The notes below the pieces were generated by a model. That model had not been told where the DNA came from, searched no databases, and worked only from the letters and a program-made list of their open reading frames with translations. A DNA stretch of 63,271 nt, the filler included, from Sphacelaria rigidula (taxonomy: Eukaryota): NCBI GenBank assembly GCA_964200075.2. It is 9 parts of 9 records of this genome, joined end to end, with 100 filler letters (N's around TTAATTAATTAA, not from the genome) between each part and the next. Parts side by side here need not be neighbours in the genome. Positions count along the whole stretch, not along the records: positions 49,291 to 56,231 come from CAXNAA020017299.1; positions 56,332 to 63,271 come from CAXNAA020017300.1; 7 more parts are not named here. One strand, written 5' to 3'. The position numbers and the translations under genes were made by a program. Positions 49,536-60,380 of this stretch are shown one piece after another. Within the stretch, counting starts at the first letter, position 1. Each line of letters starts with the position of its first letter.

Positions 49536-51269
49536 CCCAACAGAGATACAATAATAATGTGAAATAACGGTACACGCCTCGCGACAAATTTAAACGAAGG
49601 TAACACCCCCCAGTTTCTCAAACCGGGACGGCGCCATCTGTGTCGCCGGAGTATTTAATTCTCGCAATTCCCTAGTCTGTACGAAGTATTCGAGAACGCT
49701 ACCTATCGCGAGGTGCGTAAACACGTCGGTGGTTTTTGCCCCCATCCCAACATTTGCATCGCAGTGTTACAGCGAAGCTGCGGTAGGTTATCAACGAAAT
49801 CCACGCTAAGATCTCGGCAGGATCGATCCTCAATAAGGAGGCGGACGTGTGGAACGCGGTGGTTACTGACCTGCAAGATGCAATGGAACACGACGACTGC
49901 ACAATAACCCAAGGACGTCCACTTGCTCGGAACCTAGACGTCGGCGACCGCATCCGCAAAGAAGGATATGAGTTCTCTACGGCCTACGTGTTCGCACCGT
50001 ACTGGACAACGCCCCCCCAAAAGGGCGCAAATAAACTGTCTCAATCAGAGTTTAATGAAGAAGTGTCCAGGCGGTACATTTTTTCCACCGGAGATGGGCA
50101 TGGATTCCTCCTCCAGTTGGTTATGGATAAAGAACGGGAGTTCCCTAAGTCTGCCGCGGATGCCGCGATGTGGCGTAAGACGAAAGGAGGCGTAGAGAAG
50201 AGACTTACCACCCGGGGAGGGAGCTCGGCGGGCCAATACTGAGTAGGAGTTAGTGTCACAGACGTAGTGTGTAGGCCTATCCAGGACGTTTACAGGGGGG
50301 GGAGGTGAGCTTCATTACGCCCACGCAACCGCTCGCCATTTTACACCGCCTAACTCGCCGAGTGGATTTCCCTCCGTTGTGTTGTGCTCGAATACATGTT
50401 GACACCGACGAAGAAAGCAAAGGTGCTTCGTTTCCCCTACGCGTCGAGAAGTTCTTGAACTGTTTTGTGGCAAGACGGAGACGGTGGCTGCCTCGGCCCT
50501 TCATGCCTTAGCCTGTAGGTCATGCGTATCTTCTACACGTTTCTGGATATCTGTCGACGGGAAACAGGGATATGCTCATCGAGTCGCGTGAGTGGCGTGG
50601 GTATCGCTCTTTTAGCAGTGATGTTGTACTCTCAGTGAAGCTCATCTATGCTAAGTCCACGTAATGCCCATGTAATTTGGCCATGAACAGTTTCATTTGA
50701 TCATGACGACTTCCTTCATGGCGTGGTTTGTCGTCGACACTTCATCTTCCTCATAGGCAGGCTGGGGTAGCCCCCCCAAAGAACCAGCCCGAACCCCCCA
50801 CAAAGGAAGTGGCCGTGCAGCGCCTGATATTTGGTTTCAGGGTGTATGAAGCGACTCGTTGGGACGACTACGGTGAACCCCCACCCCCAATCCTTGATTT
50901 TCGAAGCTGCTCGTTGTGCCCGGCTTTTCTCGTATCGACTTACGTGTAGATTTGGCGTCCCAAAACCAGCCATTTCTTGTGAAGGGGCTATCTCGGCATC
51001 AGGACTGTAACATGCTCCTTGCCGGATGACGGATGTTGTGGACCTCGCAAAAACGTCCAGGTGTGAGGGATTGGAACGAGGCTGCGGTTCCAATATTGGG
51101 GTGTTCCTTTGCAGCAGTTTCGCCCACGTGAGAAGAGTGTACTAGCCCTAATTCAGTTATAACACCCAAAAGGGTCGGTTCGTCGTTGCGAAACTAGCTT
51201 GAACGGTCTATATTTTCACCCCGTCTGCACACTTTTGTGGCCGGTTTGTGGGGGGGCTATCTCGGCAGG

Positions 51270-51692
51270 AGTCCGGTCAATATATATATTGCATTCACGT
51301 GGATGCCAAAGTATTGACCGGTCAATATATATATATATATATCGGATATCAAAAGTATGATGTACACTTTTAAAAAGATCCAGACACGGTGGATGCCGTA
51401 GCCCGTGCAGATTGGGAAACGCTTCGAAGGGAGTGGCAAAAGTCCGCGTGCATTGCTACAAAGAGTTGTCGAATTCGTTTGATACATATATATATATATA
51501 TACTGGTAAAATAATATGGTGGCAGAAGAGGCGACCCGGTATATATGCCTTCTGATACCTATCTGGCCATTGGTACGGGGCCGCCCATTCCCTTCACAGC
51601 ATGTAATGTATCTTGGGTAAACATCACGACGACAGCAAAAGCGGGTCGATATGCGTCTTTTGGTGCCCCTGTGGTCACCGGTTCTGTGTTGC
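51270..51692 (-). repeat. M2-associated internal segment
   Basis: Reverse complement of ~7285-7680, including the (AT)n tract. Confidence 0.8.
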
Positions 51693-51693
51693 T

Positions 51694-52669
51694 TATACCC
51701 TGGACAATACAATATGTTCCAATATGATACCAATACTTTGTATTGGAGACAGCGCAAATACTGCCCTTCCAATATATATTTTGTTAAGATGAGTCATCGG
51801 AGATATTGAAGCAACAACATATATTTCTCGTGTCATGATCGTGAAGTAGTGCATGACAATATATATTGGACATGCGTTTGCTCCGGGAACAAATCATTCA
51901 ATATATATATATTGTGTGTACCGGCCTTGTATGTATTGAAGTTTCAATATATATTGAGTCGAAGCGATGCGGAACATATTGTTGCCATAATTTTTATTGA
52001 GCGCAAACCAGGCAAAAGCATTATTTTTCCAATATATATTGCGCACGCTCATCGCATAGCTATTGCTACACCAATATATATTGAACACGCTCGCGGAGGA
52101 ATATATTGAGCATTTTCGGCAGGTGGTGATACATCTTTCAATGGCGCCCGCGAACATAGAACTGCCCATCATACTAATTCCAATACACTTGCCAATGTAC
52201 TTGTTGAAAATCAATATATATATATATATATACATTGCTACACCAATATGCTGTATTGTGACCGTCCGTTCCCTCGTGTATTGTTCGCCCAACATATATA
52301 TTGGACGCATTGACGCACGACATATTGGGGCAGCAATATATATTGGCACTCGGGTGTTGAATATTTTGAACCATCAATATATATTGACCTCGTGTGGCAG
52401 CCAATATATTACTCGACAAATATATTGGTTCCTCACCGCACCAACATATTACTCGGCCAATATATATTGAGGTGGCGCATGTTGTGATGTATTGTTCGGT
52501 CGATATACATTGCATGTCGCGAGACTGGACATATTGATGGCACAATACATATCGACCCTATCTCGTGTCATCACATATTATTGCTCGCCCAATATACATT
52601 GACCAACCGACGCGTCGGTATATTTAGCAGGCAACATAAATGACATCATATTGTATTGTCCAGGGTGTG
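51694..52669. mobile_element. MITE M2 with CAATATATATTG palindrome array
   Basis: ACCCTGGACAATACAATATG / CATATTGTATTGTCCAGGGT is a perfect 20-bp inverted pair; more than a dozen internal palindromic motifs. Confidence 0.82.
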
Positions 52670-52671
52670 CA

Positions 52672-53212
52672 ACATCGTGATGATATCCCAACATGCCTAA
52701 CAGTGATTCAAGAAGTCACAACCTCTAACGGAATGGCGATGTAGCCAGGTGCAGTACTACTTGTGCGTTGTAGACTACGAATCGTTCAAACCGTCTTCTT
52801 ACAGCTGAAGCTGGCAAAAACGAGGAACTGCACCCAAGACAACGGCGTGTATCCGCCGAGCGTTTGAATTTTCACTCAGCGCAAGCAAATGCTGATACCG
52901 CGGCAGCATCAGGGATATCTGATATCTTCTGATTGCGATACGAAGCGTTTCTACTTCGTGACTGATCCATTGTGATGAGCATGGCAGTTGTAATGGATGC
53001 CCCACTTTGCTTGTTAGGGTATATTAATTTTGAACTGGCTGTGATCATGGTGGTGAAGGTGGGCGCTCTTCCTCGTTCCGCTATGAACTATGGAGAGGCA
53101 CAACGGTTTCCACAGTGAAGAGGTGCAAACGGTACCATCACTCTGAACAAACGCTCGGAAAAAACTCCGTAGCGCAAAGTGCACCGTTACCGGCTATTTT
53201 TCCTTCCACTCT
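52672..53212 (+). repeat. Right half of the element at 229-1240
   Basis: Colinear with ~682-1235; ends CCTTCCACTCT. Confidence 0.8.
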
Positions 53213-53520
53213 AAGATGGGACAAATCGTTTTTCAATTATTGTCAGAATATTGAGGAGTTATTGAGTACGAAGAGTCTAAGGTATCAACGGTTTTGGATA
53301 CACCGTTGTATAAATAGTATTCAAGAGAGATTGTCATAGCTATGAGTGATGCTATGGTAGGGGTGCACAATATTTTCTGAGGTTAGAATTATTAGGAGCC
53401 CTTGATCTAATGCAAAACGCCACCTATGAAAATGTGTGAAAGTACGCCAGGATTACTACTCCAATGTGCTGGGGATATTCCGCATGGATTCGCAAACAGG
53501 GATGCCCTGACCCATACTCT

Positions 53521-56231
53521 CACCCGTGGACAGATAGCACCCTGTGGGGTGCACTGTGCAGGGTCCGTAGAGGGTCCTCCACAGCCTTGGTGAAAAAAAA
53601 ACTGACAGTGAAAATCCAAACCTGTACCCCTCGTAGCGTTTTGATACGGTTTTCCACAGGGATTTGCAGCCCTTTGTAGGCACGTCGGCAAAGCCCTGCA
53701 CAGTCATGTGGTAGTGTTTTGATAAAAAAACCCTGACGTTTTTTTTTGTTTTGAAAATTCCAAATAGTTTGATACAGAATCTGTACATTTATATATTTTC
53801 AATAGCTTGTCCTCCTGTCCGAGGTAATTCTCCTCACCCGATTTGAATCGGGCGAAAATAAATTCATTTTGGACAGCAGGACAAGCTATTCAAAACAGAT
53901 CCTTTCTCGCCCAATTTATTTCGGCAAAAAAGGATTTATTTCGAACAGCAGAAGAAGCTATTCAAAATCTATCTTTTTTTCGCCCATTTTCGAAATGAGC
54001 GAAAAAGATATCTATTTCGAACAGCGTCTGCTGCTGCGCAAATCCCATGCACACTGGCAGATTTGGAATTTGAACAGCAGAAGTAGCTCGAAATAAATCT
54101 TCTTCACTTTACTCTCCATTTCAGCCGGAGATTAAGGGAAAAGAGATCCATTGCGAGCAGCGCCAGCTGGGTAAATCCCGCATACTGCACCGTTACCAGC
54201 GCATGAGATCCGACACGCAGAAAAAGTTGTTCAAAGGTTTTCATCCTTCTGCCCCCCAGTCCATGTGTGCATGGGCTAAAGGATGAATAACTCTAAACAG
54301 CTTTCGCTGAATAGAGATCCCACACGTTCGATACGTGTGTATGTCCACACCTGTGATTCAAGCGAACAACCTGGCAGGCGTGATAAGATGCTGGGCGAAC
54401 GGGGTACACCTCGCCCATGAATCCACATACTCCACAAAAACCCCGTATTCCTTGGTCTACCAACACGAACCATGTTTAGCAAAAGTCACTTAGTCAATCG
54501 TATATTAATAGTATATAGACCATCACCCCAGGATATCTACTCCGTAAATATAACCGACCGGCTATACCACCACAACCCGCCTGCAGCAAAGAGCACGGGT
54601 TGGGCACAGAGACATAGACACATACACACTGCTGTGGGTGGATATGATGTATGTCTTGTTGGTTGAAACTCGGGCATCTTCTTTCATGGCCGCGACATCG
54701 CGCGGCGACGGCATACGTGGGGTGTAGGTGGGTGCGAGGAACAATTAACCGACCGCTTATTATGCATGCATACTCACCGCATATGCATGCTGGACGCATC
54801 GATAACATAGTGCAGCATACAGCAGCCCGTACGATATGCTGCACGTTGTTCAAGTCCTTTTCACGTCGCACTGTACACACGTGGGCAGATAGCACCCTGT
54901 GGGGCGCACTGTGCAGGGTCCATACAGGGTCCTCCACAGTCTTTGTGAAAAAACCCTGACAGTGAAATGCAAAATCTGTACCCGTGGCAGCGTTTTGATA
55001 GGGTTTTCCCCAGGGTTGGATTTGTAGCGCTGTGTAGGCACGTCGGCAAATCCCTGCACAGTCATGTGGTAGTGTTTTGGTGAAAAAACCTCAAGTGTTT
55101 TTTTTCGAAAATGCCAAATATTTTGGTACAAAATCTGTAATTTTTTATATCTTCAATACCTTGTCCTCCTGTCCGGGGTAAATTCCTCTTCACCCGATTT
55201 GAGTCGAGCGAAAACGAATTTATTTCGGACAGCAGATCAAGCTAGATCCCAAACAGATCCTTTTCTCTCCCGATTAATTTCGGCAAAGGAAAGGAATTAT
55301 TTAGAACGGCAGAAGAACCTATTCAAGATCGATCCTTTTTTCGCCCATTTTCGAGATGAGCGAAAAAGGATCTATTTCGAACAGCTCCTTTTGCTGCGCA
55401 AATACCATTCACACTGGCACATTCAGGATTTGACCGGCAGAAGAAGCTCGAAATGAATATTTACTTTTCCCTCCAATTCATCCAGAGATTGGGGGAAACG
55501 AAATTCATGGCGAGCAGCGTCAGCTGCTGGGTAAATCCCGCATACTGCATCGTCACCGGCGCATGGGATCCGAGACGCAGAAAACGTTGCTGAAAGGTAT
55601 TCATCCTTTGACCCCCGAGTCCATGTATACATGGGCTGAAGGATGAATAGCTCTCTACCGCTTTCGCTGAACAGAGATCCCACACGTTGGATGCGTGGGT
55701 ATGTCCACACCTGTACTTCGAATGAAGCCCCTGGGAAGGTGGGAATATGCCGCAGGATCAGATATACCTCGTGCAACTAATTACATTTTCCCCAAAACCC
55801 CGTCCTCCGTCCTCTACCAACACGAACCATGTTTAGAAAATATCTCTCATAATAATATATGAATAGTATATATCTGGACCATCACTTCGTGTATTTATTA
55901 CGGCACACAAATTGATTATTACCAAAAGCACCCGCCCGCACAACGGTGCTATTATTCTGCCCAGCTATACGACCACAACCCCGCAGCAAAGAGCACGGGT
56001 TGGGCACAGGGATATAGACACATACACGCACTGCCGTGCGGCGCGGGTGGATATGATGTATTTCTCGTTGGTGGAAACTTGAGCACCTACTTCTTTCATG
56101 GTCGCGACATCGCGCGGAGACGACATACGCGGTGTGCGTATCAGCAGGCACGGGTGCGAAGAACAACAATCAACCGGCCGCCTATGGTATGCATATACAC
56201 ATACTCACCATCATATCCATGCTGCGGATCG
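53521..56231 (+). repeat. Diverged head-to-tail tandem repeat, unit ~1.36-1.43 kb, two units
   Basis: Unit starts at 53521 and 54876 (CAC.CGTGG.CAGATAGCACCCTGTGGGG); colinear throughout; related pieces on the minus strand at ~57750-58000. Confidence 0.9.
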
Positions 56232-56331
56232 NNNNNNNNNNNNNNNNNNNNNNNNNNNNNNNNNNNNNNNNNNNNTTAATTAATTAANNNNNNNNNNNNN
56301 NNNNNNNNNNNNNNNNNNNNNNNNNNNNNNN
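56232..56331. other. Artificial contig linker
   Basis: 44 N + TTAATTAATTAA + 44 N. Confidence 0.99.
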
Positions 56332-57184
56332 ATAACTTACTTAAAAATTTTTACATTTTCTTAACTAAAAAAAATATGTAGATATAATTAAAAAAAAAAA
56401 ACGATCGGACATCGTTAAGGGCCCGTACAAATGTAGGTACCTTTACTTATGGGACAGAGAAAGTATAGGAAGAATTATCCGTGATTGTTATCGTAAACCG
56501 CGTTCCTGCATATACCATGACAAAACTGCACCACGTCAGCTTTTCACATGAGGACAGCGAGACGAAATATCCCTAATAAAGTATGGCGGTCGTGCCAAGA
56601 CACGCAGCCTTACTTGACATTCGGGAGACACAGTTTGTCCACATATATGCTACCGCCGCATTCAAGCTTAATGATTACATGAACTCATGTTGCCCCCACA
56701 AGAAACGCAACTGAGCTAGAGTCCCCTACTGCAGCGGGAAATGCGCTACTTGTAGGACACAGTGTTTTTGCACACTTTTGACCCCTCGCCTTTCTCGGGA
56801 CGACCTCGCGGTCTTTTAAGGGATCAACCCATCTCCCTCCCGGTACACGTCTCGCTATATTTTGGTCTAGCGGATTGGATTGGATCTGCACTCCCGCACC
56901 GTGTCAATACTGTATAGCATGTTCTGCCATTGTCCAGTCGGAAGCCTTTCCGTCTAGTTTAGCGCAAGGGTCCAAACACATTACATGAACCCTTTGACCG
57001 CCGGAATGGAATGGGTCACATGTCCAATAGGCATCATCTGCACTTGAAAGATGGATGCAAGATCCATCTGTCCCTCCTCATTTTGCGCCCCAACTGTTTT
57101 GGATGACATTTGGCGAGATATCGACCACTCCCCACTTGTGTATGCTCCCTCCGTACAAGTAGTACGGAAAACAAGGAAAAGCTT

Positions 57185-57450
57185 CAAGGGTAGGTCGGGT
57201 AGGGTATGTACTGGTGAATACTCGGGTAAAATACCCCGGTATTCACTCTATCCAAGGTCTGGGTAGATTGGGTACGGCCTAGAATACCCAAATTTCGGGT
57301 AAGCACTTTCCGCTAAATCTGTTATCACTTAGATATGACCACAACGCTCTACCCAAATCTTGGAAATGCTGGATGCAATCTATAACACCCCACCCGAGTC
57401 TTGGGCAGTTTGAGTACGATTTCAATATTCTACCCCATATTGGGTGAGGC
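57185..57450 (+). mobile_element. Partial MITE M8, TACCC/GGGTA variant
   Basis: Starts CAAGGGTAGGTCGGGTAGGGTATG, homologous to the left end at 59416. Confidence 0.7.
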
Positions 57451-58103
57451 AGAGTCTTGACATCATTTTTCGATGGTTAAAAAAGTGCGGTGAAATGAAT
57501 TTGAGCCAATTCGTTCATTTCTCGCGACTTGGGTGCAAACGAATCTGAGAGCTTTCGGTCGAGAAAAGACCGCGAAATTCGTGAAGCGGCACTTCGCTTG
57601 TCTACAGTACAGTGCTGTACTGTCTGCGCTGCATGCATACATTATGCTTGAGGGTGCGTGTACGTGTTTCGTACAACAGGACGTAAAAGAGACCGGGGTA
57701 ACATGCAGTGCAGACAGCGCAGAACTATTTGTACTCCCTGCTTACAACGCGACATGAAAAGGACTTGAATAACGTGCAGCTTTTGTACTGCCTGCATTGT
57801 CCATGAGTGTACGAAAGTCGGTCGTCCACCCTACCACGCAGTTCCGTCGCCGATCCTTCCAAGAAAGAGATGCTCAAATTTTCGCCTACAACATATATAC
57901 ATATCATATCCCACTACTACTGCAGTTTAAGTTCCCCTGTGCCCCATCATGCTCTATGCTGCAGGGTTGCGGTGGTAGCTGAGAATGAGTTGTGTGGGGT
58001 TTGTATGTATTTGCAAACGGGTGGTATCTACCGTGGTGGTCTGCAAGATAGGAGTCAAGTGCCCCTTCGTACCTTTCCTCCGCATGCTTTCGATCGAAAA
58101 GGC

Positions 58104-58735
58104 CAAGGGCAGGTCGGATAGGGCATGTCCTTTCGAATACTCGGGTAATATACCCGGGTATTTACTTCGCCTAAGGTTTGGGTATATTGGGTACAACCTC
58201 AAATACTCAACCCAACTATTGGGTGAGTACTCTCCGCAACGCCAGAGTATAGAGTATCACTTGGGTATGACCTCAATACTCAACCCACATTTTGGGGAGA
58301 TTGAGTACGACCTTGAACACTCTACTCGAAATTTTGGGTAAATTGGGTACGGCCTCAAATACTTCATCAAACATTTGGGTAGGTTAGGTACGGCCTCAAA
58401 TATTCTACCCAAAAATTGGGTATGTTGAGTATAATTCAAATACTCCAAGGGTCGGACAAATAACGATTCGTTTGAAAATTACTTGGTTTTAGTATGATGA
58501 GTCGACGCGTGACGGATCAATTCCTAGACTTTACTTCAGCGTTGAAACCCAACCGGTACACGCAGCCCAGACACGTGGAATGGCGCAAAAGTTGCGTGGA
58601 TACCCCTTGGACCAGCGACCAACTTTTCTCCCTTTTGGGCAATCAGGCCGAAGAAATCGTGAAATTGGTGATTTGAGTCGTGATGATCAGTCCTCACCGT
58701 GACATACTCTACCCAAATGTTTGGGTACCACGAGT

Positions 58736-58737
<2 letters not shown>
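58104..58737 (+). mobile_element. Partial MITE M8, TACCC/GGGTA variant, interrupted by M7
   Basis: Starts CAAGGGCAGGTCGGATAGGG; ~40-bp subrepeats resume after the insert at 58702. Confidence 0.75.
58446..58701. mobile_element. MITE M7 nested in M8
   Basis: Homologous to 32746-33006; flanks AAATACTC / ACATACTC (7/8 TSD). Confidence 0.85.
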
Positions 58738-58790
<53 letters not shown>

Positions 58791-59140
58791 GTCGTCCCAT
58801 CTATTCCGGGCGCCGGTCTACACCTTTCGGTATTTGTGGGTGCATCAGCCGGGGTCACACAAGAGGAGGGTCAACACATGAGCTTTTTTTTCATTTATTT
58901 GTTTGTACTTCTTCACCTTCCTCCTGCGGTGCTTGCCTTTGTATTTTTTTTATCGCGAGAGGATTCAGCAGTCCTGTTACCTCGTCGACCGTGAAGTCGA
59001 TTTTTGTGTACTCACGACATAGTCGCTCTCCACTGTTGGGCATGGTGTGAGAAAAAATCCCAGAGATCGCTCCGAGACTTGAACCCACGACCCAACCGTC
59101 AGAAGGTTTCGAGGTTACCAACTGAGCCACCGGGGCGACC
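58738..59140 (-). mobile_element. Full-length tRNA-derived SINE S1 (~350 bp plus (CA)~25 tail)
   Basis: Head GGTCGCCCCGGTGGCTCAGTTGG...CTTCTGA...GGTTCAAGTC...GCGATC, unique body, (CA)n tail; four other pieces in the window. Confidence 0.85.
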
Positions 59141-59415
59141 AGTCTCTCTCAGAAAATACACACCGACGATTTCAGAGAAACATGGCAGTATTATGTATAT
59201 CTCAGAGAAGCATGGTAGACCTATTTCTGGGGTTGCTTGATTGACAGACTATCCGGCCAAAAGTCAAGTTGGGCGCACGCAAAATCGTTAAAGTGTGCCA
59301 GATTCCCCCCAGAGACTACAGCAGCAAGTCTTTCTGAGGTGGCACAATCCGCCAAGCCTCGTGCTCCGACGAAAGTCGGTCCTATATCACCAAAATAGGC
59401 GTTGTTGGAAAGTTC

Positions 59416-60380
59416 CAAGGGCAGGTCGAGTAGGGTATGTAATTTTGAGTACTCGAGTAGAATACTCGAGTATTTACTCTACTCAAATTTAGAGTAAGAA
59501 CACTTAGTAAAACCTGAGTATAGAGTATCACTTGGGTATGACGTCAATACTCCACTCCAAGTTTGAGTACGTCGAGTGCGGCCTCACATACCCTACTCAA
59601 ATATTGAGTAAGCACTCTCAGTAATACTTGACCATAGAGTATCACTTGGGTATGACCGCAAATATTCTACTCAAACTTTGAGTAGGTCTAGTACGGCCTC
59701 ATATACTCTACTCAAACTTCGAGTAGGTTGAGTATGGCCTCACATACTCTACTCAAATATTGAGTAAGCACTCTCAGTAATACTTGAGTATGGAGTATCA
59801 CTTGAGTATGGCCTCACATACTCTACTCAAAGTTTGAGTAGGTCGAGTACGGCCTCAGATACTCTACTAAAATTCTGAGTAGGTTGAGTATGGCCTCATA
59901 TACTCTACTCAAACTTCGAGTAGATCGAGTACGACCTCACATACTCTACTCAAATATTGAGTAAGCACTCTCAGTAATACTTGAGTATGGAGTATCACTT
60001 GAGTATGACCTCAATACTCTACTCAAAGTTTGAGTAGGTCGAGTACGGCCTCAGATACTCTACTCAAATTCTGAGTAGGTTGAGTATGGCCTCACATACT
60101 CTGCTCAAATTTCGAGTAGATCGAGTACGACCTCAAATACTCTTCTCAAATATAGAGTGAGCACTCTCAGTAACACTTGAGTATAGAGTATCACTTGAGT
60201 ATGACCTCAATACTCTACTCAAACTTTGAGTTGATTGAGTATGATATCAAGATACTCTACTCAAAAATTTGAGTAGATTGGGTAAGACCTCAAATACTCT
60301 ACTAAAAAAAAATGGAGTACTAAAAGTATGACTCTTCGAAAATACTGAGTATTGAGTATACTCTACTCGACCTGCCCCTG
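59416..60380. mobile_element. Complete MITE M8, TACTC/GAGTA variant, with internal satellite-like array
   Basis: TIR CAAGGGCAGGTCGAGTAG / CTACTCGACCTGCCCCTG; flanks GAAAGTTC / GCAAGTTT (6/8); ~40-bp subunits in a ~197-bp higher-order repeat. Confidence 0.87.

Noticed and set aside
59064..59140. Functional tRNA-Arg gene
   Set aside because: D and anticodon arms are non-canonical, and the head is fused to a repeated body with a (CA)n tail, so it is better explained as a SINE head.
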